Assembly: GCA_013239625.1 (NCBI GenBank)
Contig: MU054194.1
Span: 5,880-69,879 of the forward strand
DNA length: 64,000 bases
Direction of reading: 5' to 3'
DNA from: Lama guanicoe
Lineage: Eukaryota
The position numbers were made by a program, and so were the translations under genes. The first letter of the stretch is position 1, and the number at the start of each line of letters is the position of its first letter. Shown here one piece after another: positions 41,363 through 54,508 of this stretch. The notes below the pieces were generated by a model that was given only the letters and a program-made list of their open reading frames with translations, was not told where the DNA came from and ran no database searches.

Positions 41363-44300
41363 CTAACAGAGATAAATGAGCACATTGATGAGAATACAAT
41401 CATAGTTGGAGATTTTAACACTGCGTTAACATCACTAGACAGATCTTTGAGACAGAAAATGAACAAGGCAACACATAAATTAAATAATACAATAGAAAAA
41501 TTAGATTTGGTGGATATTTTCAGACCATTACACTCTCCAAAAATAGGATATACATTCTTTTCAAGTGCACATGAAACATTTTCTAGCACTGATCATGTAC
41601 TTGGGCACAAAAGAAACCTCAAAAATTTTAAGAAGATACAAATTATCTCAAGCATCTTTACTGACCACAATGCCATGAAACTGGAAATCAACAACAGAGA
41701 AAGAAAGCTGAACAAAAGGAAAGCATGGAGATTAAACAATATATTATGAGAAAACCAATGGGTCAATGGGGAAATCAAAGTTAAAATTTAAAAATACCTT
41801 GAGACAAATGACAATGAAAGCACAACCACACAAAATTTATGGGACACAGCAAAGGCAGTGCTAAGAGGGAAATTTATAGCAATACAGGCTTTCCTCAAAA
41901 AAGAAGAACAATCTCAAACAAACAATTTAACCCACTAGGTGAATTAACTAGGAAAAGAACAAAAAATCCCCAAAAGGAAGCAGAAGGAAGGAAATTATAA
42001 AGATTAGGGAGGATGTAATTAAAATAGAGATCAAAAAAAATAGAAAAAATCAATCAAACCAAAAGCTGGTTTTTTTGAAGAAATAAATAAAATCGACAAA
42101 CCTCTGGCAAAACTCACAAAGAAGAAAAGAGAGAGAGCACAAATCAGCAAAATAAGAAGGAAAATGGAGAAATTACAACAAATAAGATAGAAATACAGAA
42201 TATTATATAAGAATATTATGAAAATGTACATGAACCAAACTGGATAACCTAGAGGAGATGGACAAGTTTCTGGAAACATACTGTCCACCAAGATTGAATC
42301 AAGAAGAAATGACCACTTGAACAAACTGATCACTAGAAATGAAATGGAAATAGAAATAAAAATCCTCCCTACAAATAAAATTCCAGGACCGGACGGCTTC
42401 ACTGTGGAATTCTACCAAACATATAAAGAAGAACTCATACCAGTCCTTCTCAAACTCTTCTGGAAGATTGAAAAGGAGGGAATGCTCCCAAACTCATTCT
42501 ATGAAGCCACCATCACCCTGATACCAAAACCAGGCAAAGACACTACAAAAAAAGAGAATTATAGGCCAATATCACTGATGAACATAGACGCCAAAATCCA
42601 CACCAAAATATTAGCTAATAGAATCCAACAACACATTAAAAGATTATGCGTCATGACCAAGTAGAATTCATCCCAGGGACACAAGGGTGGTTCAACATAT
42701 GCAAATCAATCAATGTAATACATCACATGACAAAAACCACTGATCATCTCAACCGACGCAAGAAAAAGCATTTGATAAAATTCAACACCCATTTATGATA
42801 AAAACTCTCTCCAAAGTGGGTATAGAGGGAACATAACTCAACATCATAAACGCTATATATGACAAACCTACAGCCAGCATAGTACTCAATGGTGAAAAAC
42901 ACAAAAGCTTCCCACTAAAATCTAGGACTAGACAAGGATGCCCACTATCATAATTCTTATTCAACATAGTCTTGGATTTCCTAGCCACAGTAATTAGGCA
43001 AGAGAGAGAAACAAAAGAGATCCAAATTGGATAAGAGGAGGTAAAAGTGTCACTATATGCTGATGACATGGTCCTCTATATAGAAAACCCTAGAAGGTCC
43101 ACACAAAAACTACTAGAGCTCATCAAAGAATTCAGCCAAGTAGCAGGTTACAAGATTAACATTCAAATATTAATTACATTTCTTTGCACCAACAATCAAT
43201 CAACAGACAAAGAAAGTAAAGAAACAATTCCCTTTAAAATAGCACCCAAAGTAATAAAATACCTAGGAATAAATCTAACCAAAGAGGTGAAAGAATTATA
43301 CACAGAAAGCTATAAACCATTGATGAAGGAAATTAAAGAAGAATTTAAAAAATGGAAGGATATCCCATGCTCTTGGATTGAAAAAATCAGTATTGTTAAA
43401 ATGGTCACACTGTCTGAGGCAAACTACAGATTTAATGCAATCCCTATCAAATTACTCAGGATGTATTTCACAGAACTAGAACAAATCATAATAAAATTTA
43501 TATGGAACCATCAAAGGCCTAGAATTGCCAAAGCATTACTGAAGAGAAAGAAAGAGGCTGGAGGAAGAACTCTCCCTGACTTCAGACAATACTATAGGGC
43601 TACAGTCATCAAGACAGCATGGTATTGGTACAGAAACAGACATATAGACCAATGGAACAGAATAGAGAGCCCAGAAATTAACCCACAAATTTTTGGTCAA
43701 CTCATCTTCGACAAAGGAGGCAAGAATATACAATGGAATAAAGACAGTCTCTTCAGCAAATGGTGTTGGGAAAACTGGACAGCAGCATGTAAAGCAATGA
43801 AGCTAGAACATTCCCTTCCTTACACCATACACAAAAATCAACTTAAAATGGATTAAAGACTTAAACATAAGACAATATACAATAAACCTCCTTGAGTTAA
43901 ATATAGGCAAAACATTATTTGACATTCATCTCAAAAATGTTCTCCTAGAACAGTCTACTCAAACAATAGAAATAAAAGCAAGAATAAACAAATGGGACCT
44001 AATGGAACTTACAAGCTTCTGCACAGCAAAGGAAAGCAGAAGTAAAAGGAAAAACAGCCCACGGAATGGGAAACATTTTTGCAAATGAAAGCAACAAGGG
44101 CTTGATCTCTAGAATATATAAGCTGCTTATATGACTTAATAAGAAAAAATTAAACAACCCAATCCAAAAATGGGCGGAAGACCTTAACATGCAATTCTCC
44201 AAGGAAGATATACATACAAATGAACAACAGGCATATGAAAAATGCCCAATATCACTAATTATCAGAGAAATGCAAATCAAAACTACAATGAGGTATCACC

Positions 44301-44774
44301 TCATACAAATCAGAATATCCATCATTCAAAAATCCACAAATGACTAATGCTGGAGTGGCTGTGGAGTAAAGGGAACCCACCTACACTGGTGGTGGGAATG
44401 CAGTTTGGTGCAGCCACTGTGGAAAACAGTATGGAGATTCCTCAAAAGACAAGGAACAGACTTACTGTATGACACTCCTCCTGGGCATATATCCAGAAGG
44501 AATCCTACTTCAGGATGACAACTGCACCCCAGTGCTCATAGCAGCATTATTTACAATAGCCAAGACATGGAAACAGCCTAAATGTCCATCAACAGGTGAC
44601 TGGATAAAGAAGATGTGGAATATTTATACAATGGAATACTACTCAGCCATAAAAACTGACAACATAACACCATTTGCAACAACATGGATGCTCCTGGAGA
44701 ATGTCATTCTAAGTGAAGTAAGCCAGAAAGAGAAAGAAAAATACCATATGAGATCGCTCATATGTGGAATCTAA
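40981..44774 (+). pseudogene. L1 ORF2p of element C, disrupted (N-terminal part also present in the upstream duplicate from 40381)
   Basis: INIYAPN...VGDFNT (41273-41749); [23 protein letters not shown] (43047-43856); MEYYSAIK...LICGI* (44469-44774). Confidence 0.93.
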
Positions 44775-45423
44775 AGACTCATGGACAGAGAATACAGACT
44801 TGTGGTTACCAGGGGGGTAGAGGGTGAGAAGGGATAGACTGGGATTTCAAAATTGTAGAATAGATAAACAAGATTACACTGTATAGCACAGGGAAATATA
44901 CACAAAATGTTATGATAAATCACAGAGAAAAAGATCTGACAATGAGTGTGTATATGTCCATGAATGACTCAAAAATTGTGCTGAACACTGGAATTTGACA
45001 CAACATTGTAAAATGATTATAAATCAATAAAAATGTTAAAAAAATGTAGAATAGATAAACAAGATTATGCTGTATAGCACATGGAAATATACACAAGATC
45101 TTATGTTAGCTCACAGAGAAAAAAATTTTGCAATGAATAAATATGTTCATATGTAACTGAAAAATTGTACTCTACACTGGAATTTGACACTATATTGTAA
45201 AATGATTATAAATCAATAAAAAATGTTAAAAAAGAGAAAAAAGCTGGAGTTGCAATACTTATATCATATGAAATACACTTTAAAATAAAGACTGTTACAA
45301 GAGACTAGGATATTCATAATGATCAATAGATTAATTCAAGAAGAACATGTGACAATAGTAAATATATATGCACCCAATATAGGAAAACCTCAATATATAA
45401 GGCAACTGTTAACAGACATAAAA

Positions 45424-47245
45424 TGAGCTGCTGATATTATTGTTTTCAAGATTTTAGATTATTTTTGATTTTTGACACAGTTTAGGATTCTTTTTGTGGT
45501 TTAGATTTTTTAAAAATTTATATTATTGGGTTATAGTCAGTTTACAATGTTATGTCAATTTCCAGTGCAGATCACAATTTTTCAGTTATGCACAAACATA
45601 CATATATCCATTGTCACGTTCTTTTTCACATTCAACTACCACAAGATCTTGTACATATTTCCTTGTGCTATACAGTATAATCTTGTTTATCTATTCTATA
45701 TATATCTGTCAGTATCTACAAATTTTGAATTCCAGTATGTCCCTTCCCATACCCCTCTCCCCTGGCAACCACAAGTTTGTGTTCTATGTCTATGAGTTTG
45801 TTTCTGTTTTGTATTTATATTCATTTGTCTTTTTTTTTTTTGATTCCACATATGAGTGATTTCATATGGTATTTTTCTTTCTCTTTCTGGCTTACTTCAC
45901 TTAGAATGACATTCTCCAGGGACATCCTTGTTGCTGCAAATGGTATTATGTTGTTATTTTTATTGCTGAATAGTATTGCACTGTATAAATATACCACCTC
46001 TTCTTTATCCAGTCATCTGTTGATGGACATTTAGTCTGTTTCCATGTCTTACTCTTAATCACCTCTTCTCAGAGATCACTGTTGACATCCTAGATAAGGC
46101 ACCCAGAATGTCACACCTAACAGATGGGCCATCCTCTCTTTTGAGATGGGACCTGACTAATTTACATAGCTTTAGACATTGTGATTTATACTAATGACCA
46201 TCCTCCTTGAGACTCAGCAATATAGAAAAAAGAATGTATAGATTTAAAGCAGTAAAGGGGAAAAAGAAAATTAATAAACTTCTTCAATCTAATAAAATGT
46301 GGTATTGAGATGAAAAGGTAAAAGCAAAAAGTATCATACATAAATATTACAAAATAAGATATAGAAACAAATCCTAATATGTTAGTGTTTTTAATAACTT
46401 TAAATAGAAAAAACTTTCCAATTAAAAGAAAAAGTCTCAAAGTCTATGGAATTGGATTTTAGAAATCTTGTTATATTACATTTATAAAGAGTTCCTAGAA
46501 TATAAAAATACCTAAAACACAGTGACACAGAAAATTATAAAGTTAACAGAAAATAGTAATATTTGCCTATCACCAATGAAAGGGGAGCTTATGTATTTAT
46601 CTTAATATTGGGCAAAATATGTCTTCAGGTAGATTTTTGTTTTTGAAATAGAGAAGTATAAGATCTATTGATATATCTAGATATTAGATTTGTATATTTG
46701 GAATAGATATATCTAATATATATTATATATTAGATACTTTTATATAATATATCATTATATTTTAAACTTCTTTGTTCAGAAAAAAATTATTCTTTAAGAT
46801 ATTTTGCCTGGTGTTAATACAGCCAAAATTAATCTATTAATTAAAATACATATCTATATATTAAATATATTTAATATAGTAAAAAGTACATGTTAATAGA
46901 TATTACATAAGCTACAGTAATGATAATATTATTAACAATATGACAATAGCAGTACTATTATTATGACAGTAATATTAATAAGATATTACTATCCTATATA
47001 TATTTGATATATTTAGTTATCCCTAATATATAAATGATTTTATAAATACCTATATACATAGCTGTATATGTAAAGTTTTAAACTTTTATGAACCTAAGAA
47101 TCCAATATAAGACACTAGAAAAAAATAGGAGTATACCCAAAGAACATAGAATAAAGGAAAGGATAAAATTAAGGACAGAAATTGATACAGACCAATTTCA
47201 ATTAAACATTAGAAACTGATTGCTCAAAGTTAAACCAAATCAAGC

Positions 47246-47284
<39 letters not shown>

Positions 47285-47436
47285 AAGTAAATATAATGTA
47301 AAAATACTAAGTGTCAGTAAGGTATGGAACAACTGGAACCCTCGTGCTGTTGCTTGGAGCAGAAATTGGTAAAACTATATTGAAAAACTCTTATCAAATA
47401 TTAATCAATTCATAAATTGAAAAACTATTTTAAGAA
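45424..47436. mobile_element. 2.0-kb TSD-flanked composite insert: inverted L1 3' end (~45510-46050, minus) plus non-L1-B genomic DNA
   Basis: Perfect 10-bp TSD agacataaaa (45414-45423 / 47437-47446); ORF2 of B continues in register on either side. Confidence 0.85.
47248..47280. repeat. (GT)n microsatellite
   Basis: Seen directly. Confidence 0.95.
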
Positions 47437-50400
47437 AGACATAAAAAGAGAAATTAACAGTAACTTATAATAGAGGGGGAAGGAACTTAACACCCCACAT
47501 ACACCAATGGACAGATTGTTCAGACAAAATCAATAAGGAAACACAGGCCTTAAATGAAATATTAGACCAGATGAATTTAATAGACATTTACAGAGCATTC
47601 CTTTCAAAGGCAGCAGAATACAAATTCTTCTCAAGTACACATGAAACATTACCCAGGATCGGTCACATGTTGGCCCACAAAGCAAGCCTTGGTAAATTTA
47701 AGAAAATTGAAATCATACCAAGCATTTTTCTGATCACAACACTATGAGATTAGATATAAACTACAAGAAAAAATGGAAAAAAAAAACACAAACATGTGGT
47801 GGCTAAACAGTATGCTAATAAACAATCAATGTATCATTGAATAAATCAAAAAGGAAATTAAAAAATATTTAGAGACAAATTAAAATGAAAATATGATGAT
47901 ACAAAACTTATGGGATGCAGCAAATGTAGTTATCAGAGGGACGTTTATAGTGATACAAGCTTACCTCAGGAAACAACAACAAGAAAAAGTCTTAAATAAA
48001 AAAAGCTTAACTTTATACCTAAAGCAACTAGAGAAAGAAAAACAAACAAAATCCAAAGTTAGCAGAAGGAAAGGAATCATAAAGATTGGAGCAAAAATAA
48101 ATGAAATAGAGACTAAAAATCAATAGAAAGGATTGGTGAAACTAAAAGCTGGCTCTTGGAAAAGATAAACAAAATTGATGACCCTTTAGTCAAGCTCATC
48201 AAGAAAAAAGATAGAGGGCCCAAATCAATAAAATTAGAAATGAAAAAGGAGAAGCTGCAACCGACACAGCAGAAATACAAAGAATCATAAGAGGCTACTA
48301 TGAGCCACTATATGCTAACAAAATGGACAATGTAAAAGAAGTGGACAAATTCTTAGAAAGGCACAATCTCCTCAGACTGAATTAGGGTGAAATAGAATAT
48401 ATGAACAGTCCAATAACCAACACTGAAATGGAATCAGTAATTTAAAATCTCCCAACAAACAAAAGTCCAGGACCAGGCGGTTTCACAGAATTCTACCGAA
48501 CATTCTGAGAAGAGTTAATGCCTATCTGAAATGATTCCAAAAAATTTCAGAGGAGGGAGGAACATTTCCAAATTCATTCTATGAGGCTACTATACCCCGA
48601 TACCAAATCCAGAAAAAGATATCACAGAAAAAAATTTACAGGCCAATATCGCTTATGAATATAGATGCAAAAATCTGTCATAATATTAGCAAATTGATTC
48701 CAAAAATACATTAAAAATATCATACAACATAATCAAATATGATTTATCCCAGGGATGCAAGAACTTTTCAATACCCATAAATCAAACAATGTGATGTAGC
48801 ACATTAACAAATGAAAGCATAATAACCAAATAACTTCTTCAGTAGTTGTAGAAAAAAGCTTTTGATAAAATTCAACATCCATTTATGATGAAAAATTGTC
48901 CATCAAGTGGGCATAAAGGAAACATACGTCAACATAGTAAAGGCCATATAGGACAAACCCACAGTTAATATTATACTCAATGGATAAAAGCTGAAAGCAT
49001 TTCCTCTAAGATAAGGAAAAAAACAAGGATGTCCACTATCACCACTTTTATTCAAAATAATTTTGGAAGTCCTAGCCACAACCCTTGGAGTGAAAAAGAA
49101 ATAAGAGAAATCTAAGTTGGAAAAGAAGAAAAATTGTCACTATTTTCAGATAACATGATGCCATACATAGAAAACCCTAAAGAAACTATCAGAAAACTAC
49201 TAGAGCTTATCAATAAATTTGGTAAAGCTGCAGGATACAAAACTAATATACAGAAATTAGTTGCATTTCTATAAACCAACAATGAAATAGCAGAAAAAAT
49301 AAATTAAGGAAACCATCCCATTTATGATCATGTTAAAAAGAATAAAATGCATAAGAATAAACCTACCGAAGGGGCAAAAGACCTATACTCTGACAACTAA
49401 GACACGAATGAAAGAAAATAAAGAGGACACAAACAAATGGAAAGATATGTCATGTTCTTGAATTAAAAGACTCAATATTTTTTAAATGACCATACTACCC
49501 TAAGCAATAAACAGATTCGAAGAAATCCCTATCAAATTGCCAATGATAATTTCAGAGAACTGGAACAAAAAATGTTAAAATGTGTATTGAAACATAAAAT
49601 ATCCTGAATAGACAAAACAATCTTGGGAAAGAAGAACAGAGCAGAAGGAATCATAGATTCAGAATATACTACAAAGCTATAGTACTCAAAGTAGTATGGT
49701 CCTGGCCCCAAAACAGACACATATATCAATGGAACAAGATAGAAAGAAATAAATCCATTCCCTTATGGTCAATTAAACTATGACAAAGGAAGCCAAAAAT
49801 ACAATGAAAAAACAGTCTCTTCAATAAGTGGTGCTGGAAAAAGTGGAGAGCTACATGTAAAAAATGAAATGAGAACATTCTCTAATACCATATACAAAAA
49901 TAAAATCTATGAATTTACTCCTAGAGTAATGGAAATAAAAGCAAAAATAAACAAATGGTAACTTATTAAACTTTTTTCACAACAAAGAAAACCACAAACA
50001 AAATGAAAACACAACCTACAGAATTGGAGAAAATATTTGCAAATGACATGAGTGACAGGTGACTAATTTCCTAAATATATAAACAACTTATACAGCTTAA
50101 TAGCAAAATAAACAAACAAACAAACACCAAACATCCCAATAAAAAAATGGATGGAAGCTCTAAATAGGCATTTCTTCAAAGAAGACATCAGATGGCCAAC
50201 AGGCACATGAAAAGATGCTTGATATCACTATTATTACAGAAATGTAAGTCAAAACTACAGTGAGGTCTCACCTCACACCAGTCAGAATGTCCATCATTAA
50301 AAAGCCTACAAATAAAAAATACTGGAGAGGTTGTAGTGTAAAAGGAACCCTCCTACACTGTAGGTGGGAATGTAACTTGGTGCAGCCACTATGGAGGACA

Positions 50401-53062
50401 GTATGGAGGGTTCTTATAAAACTGAAAATAGAATTACCCTATGATCCAGCAACCCCTTTCCTGGGCATATATCCAGAGAAATCTCTAATTCAAAAAGACA
50501 CATGCACTGCAATATCATAATATATTTTTACTTTTTAAAATATTCAAGACATGGAAACAACCTAAATGTCCATCATGTATATATACACACACACATACAT
50601 ACACACACATATGTATGTATATATACTGGAATATTACTCAGCCATAAAAATTAAATAATGCCATTTGCAGTAACATGGATGGGCCTAGAGATTATCAAAT
50701 TAAATAAATAAGTCAGACAGAAAGGCAAATATCATATAATATCACTTTCATGTGGAATCTAAAAAAAGATACTAATTATATTTACAAACCAAAAACAGAC
50801 TCATGGACATAGAAAAAAAAGAAACTATGGTTACAAAAGGGGAAAGGATGAGGAGGGATAAATAGACACATTACTACATATAAAATAGATAAATAAGGAT
50901 CCACTATATAGCACATGGAACTATATTCAATTTCTTGTAATAACATATAATGGAAAATAATCCAAAAATTATATATATATATGAATCACTTTGCAGTATT
51001 TTTAAAACATTGTAAATCAACTACACTTCAATTTAAAAATTTTTAAATATTAAAATGGAGAAATTACAACCAACACCACAGAAATACAAAAAAGAAAACA
51101 ATAAGAGATTATTACGAACAAAAATACTGGCAACAAATGGCTTAGAAAAAATTGACAACTTTCTAGAAACATGGAATTCACCACAACTGAACCAAAAAAT
51201 AATAGATAACTTGAACAGACCAATCACTAGAAGTGAAATAGAAACAGCAATTAAAAAAAAATCCCTGCAAACAAAAACCCAGGACCAGATAGATTCACTG
51301 GGGAATTCTTCCAAACTTAAAATAAAAAAAAAAAGAAGAAGAAGAACTCATACCAACATTTCTAAAACTCTTCAAAAGACTGAAAAGAAAGTAACATACA
51401 TAAACTGATATCAAAACCAAGAAAAGATTCTACCAAAAAACAAACTTACAGGTCAATATTATTGATGAATATAGATGCAAAAATATTAAACAAGCAAACA
51501 GAAGCCAATAATATTAAAAAAATCTTACACTATCAGCAAGTTGAATTCATCTCAGGGACAAAAGAATGGTTCAACATAGCAAATTAATCAATATGATACA
51601 CCACATCAGAAAAAGAAAGGCAAAAATCACATGATCATTCAATAGCTACAGAAAAAGCATGTGATAAAATTCAACACCCATTTATGATAAAAACCATAAA
51701 CAAAGTGTGTGTAGAGGGAATATATCTCCACATAATAAAAGTTATTTATGGCAAACCTATAGCCAGCATAATACTCAACAGTGAAAAGTTGAAAGCCTTC
51801 TCACTAAAATCTGGAAAAAAATAAAGATGCCCACTCTCAACCTCTTCTATTCAAGATAGTATGGGAAGCTCTAATCATAGCAATCAGACAAGAAAAGGAA
51901 ATAACAGGGATCCAAATTGGAAAGCAAGAGGTAAAATTGTCATTTTATTTGGATAACATAATACTACATATAGCAAACCCTAAAGGTGCCATACAAATTT
52001 TCTAGAGCTGATAAAAGGATTCAGCAAGGTAGCAAGATACAAGATTAACATACATAAATCAATTGCATTTCTGTATAATAACAACAAAATATCAGAGAAA
52101 GAAAGAAATTTAAAAAATCACTTTTAAAATAGCATCCAAAAATATGAAATATTTTGACATAAATCTGACCAAGGAGGTGAAAAATTTATACGTGGAGAAC
52201 AGCAAACATTAATTAAGGAAATTAAAGATGATTTAAATAAGTGGAAAGATATCCCATGCTCTTGGATTAGAAGAATTAATACAGTTAAAATGGCCATACT
52301 ACCCAAAGCAATCTGTAGGTTTAAGGTGATCCCCATCAAATTACCCAGGCCATTTTTCACAAAACTAGGGTAAATAATCCTAAAATTTACATGAAATCAC
52401 AAAGACCCAGAATTGCCAAAGCAATACTGAATGAAAATAATGAAGCTGGAGGAATAACTCTTCCAGACTTCAAACAATACTACAGAGTTACAATAATCAA
52501 AACAGCATGGTATTGGCACCAAAACAGACATGTGGATCAATGGAACAGAATAGAGAGCCCAGGAATAAACCCACACACTTACAGTCAGTTAATATTCAAC
52601 AAAGGAGGTGAGAATATATAATGAAGAAAGCCTCTTCAGCAAGTGGTGTTGGGAATACTGGATAGCTGCATGTAAATCAATGGAGTTAGAACCTCATACC
52701 ATACACAAAGATAAACTCAAAATGGCTTAAAGACTTAAACATAAGACAAGACATTATAAACCTCCTAGAAGAAAACACAGGCAAAATATTATCTCCCATA
52801 AATTGTAGCCATGTTCTAGGGAAGTGTACTCAGGCAAAAGAAGTAAAAGCAAAAATAAACAAAAGGGGCCTAATTAAACTTATAAATTTTTACACAGCAG
52901 AAGAAACAAAACAAAAAGACAATCTATGGAATGGGAGGAAATATTTGCAAATTATGGGTCTGACAAGGGCTTAATTTCCAGGATGTATAAACAGCACACA
53001 CAACTCAATAAGGAGAAAATCAAGAACACAATCCTAAAATGGGCAGAAGACCTAAATAAGCA

Positions 53063-53203
53063 ATACACCCCTGCAAGCAAAAGTCCAGAACCAGAGAGCT
53101 TCACTGGATAATTCTATGAAAACATACAAAGAAGAACTTGCAACTATCCTTCCAAAACTATTCCAAAAAATTTAGGAGGAAGGAGCACACTCAAATTTAT
53201 TCT
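53063..53203 (+). mobile_element. 140-bp out-of-order L1 ORF2 fragment bridging L1 A and the ERV gag
   Basis: KSPEPESFTG...'ttccaaaactattccaaaaaa'; homologous to the KSPGPDGFT region (e.g. 22735-22860). Confidence 0.8.
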
Positions 53204-54508
53204 GCACACACTGCTTTATGTCCCTTGTATTCTTCCTTGCAAAATAATTACACTGAACCTGAACCCCATTCTCTCCCTTCCTCTCCTCCTCCTAATTCTC
53301 CCCCGGTACTTTCTGCACCATCTGCCCCTCTTTCACAGGAGATCAGTTTTGCCGCTGCCACCACCTCCTTCTCCCCCTCCTGAGGATTCCAATTGTAAGC
53401 AAACTGCTATGGAACAATGTTTTAAAGAAGGCTTACATTTGGGAGAGTTACATGCTTACCCAGTGGTTGCAGGGCATGGGCAAGGTGTTAAGCATGAGGC
53501 TGTCCCTTTCTCGGTATTCAAGGAACTAAAAGCTAGTGTTATGGAAAATGGGGCTCAGAGTTCATTTACTAAAGGTATTCTCGATACGGTTGGAAATGAA
53601 TATGTTATGACTCCTTGGGATTGGAGAGCTCTTGTAAAAACTGTCTTAACTCCTGCTCAATTTGCTGTTTGGTCTTCTGAATATCATGTAGGTTGTCTCT
53701 TACAAACTACTTGTAATGCTAATGCTGGTATTGACTCATCTGTAGAAACGCTTGAAGGAACAGGTCACTGTGCTGATACTCAGCAACAGATCCATATGGA
53801 TAGGCTGACTTTTAGGCAATGTACTGATATTGCCCTCATGGCATGGTGTAAGGTTCCCAATACCAAAGCTGCTAGTGGCTTCTTTGTTACCATTCAACAA
53901 GGCTCCACAGAACCTTATCTTGATTTTATTAATCACTTAGAACAGAGCATCTCTTGCCAAGTAGATAATCAGGAGGCAGCAAAAGTGCTCTTACAACAGC
54001 TGGCTTATGAAAATGCTAATGCAGATTGCCAGGCAGCTGTTGCCAGTATTTGAACTCAAAACAAAACTACAGCCTATTATGTAAGAGCTGGCCAAAATGT
54101 GGAAACTGAAACCATCATGCTCAGGTCCTTGCAGCTTTAATGAGATCGCCCTCTGCTGTGACCTGCTTTAAGTGTGGTAAACCTGGCCATTTTCAAAGGG
54201 AATGCCACAAATCCAATAAGGGAGGGCAAAGAGGTCCACCTCAAAAATTACCTAACAAAGACTGCCCTCAGTGCGGCAAAGTGAGACATTGCGCAAACCA
54301 ATGCCACTCTAAATTTGATAAGAATGACAATCTGATTTCAGGAAACAGGAAATGGGGCACCAGCTCCCATGCCACAAACCCCAAGTTAAGCAATCCTGCC
54401 TGGTTAGCTCAAACACAGGTCTTTATGACCCAGCCTCCTCAGTTCAGTCCTGCAGAAACCCCTTCAGCAGTGCCTCTGCAGTGGACTTATGGTCTATCTC
54501 AGAATTAA
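53204..54508 (+). pseudogene. gag: Gag: Pro-rich region, capsid and nucleocapsid
   Basis: CA FKELKASV..G..S.FT...TPWDW; MHR IQQGSTEPYLDFINHL; QLAYENANADC; zinc knuckles CFKCGKPGHFQREC and CPQCGKVRHCANQC; stop at 54051-54053. Confidence 0.93.

Larger units (their letters stand above)
37315..45230 (+). mobile_element. Full-length young LINE-1 'C' (same family as 18387-25454), inserted in B
   Basis: TSD aaaaaagaaaaaaagc (ends 37314) / aaaaaagagaaaaaagc (ends 45244). The 5' UTR aligns with 18387-20048. Confidence 0.95.
34614..51051 (+). mobile_element. Full-length LINE-1 'B' with a different 5' UTR, inserted in A and itself interrupted at 37314/45231 and 45423/47437
   Basis: Perfect 9-bp TSD aaaatggag (34605-34613 / 51052-51060). 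ORF1 ATG at 35730 (MRKQRNIFQ); ORF2 from ~37105; 3' end 'tgtaaatcaactacacttcaattt' near 51030. Confidence 0.9.
30348..53062 (+). mobile_element. LINE-1 'A', the outer shell of the nest: 5' UTR, ORF1 (31940-32830) and ORF2 start at 30348-34613; ORF2 resumes at 51052-53062; 3' end missing
   Basis: MEKHRNLSQMKEQEKSPE (31940); IRLSADFS (32584). ORF2 is collinear across 'aaaatggag' | 'aaattacaacc'. PRIAKAIL...[17 protein letters not shown] (52391-52621). Confidence 0.9.

Noticed and set aside
43047..43856. 269-aa ORF2 stretch with intact YADD
   Set aside because: Flanked by stops and frameshifts; element C cannot encode full ORF1p or ORF2p
53349..54053. 234-aa capsid ORF as a possible domesticated gag
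   Set aside because: No promoter or LTR, stop before NC, and decay like neighbouring genes; no evidence of selection visible
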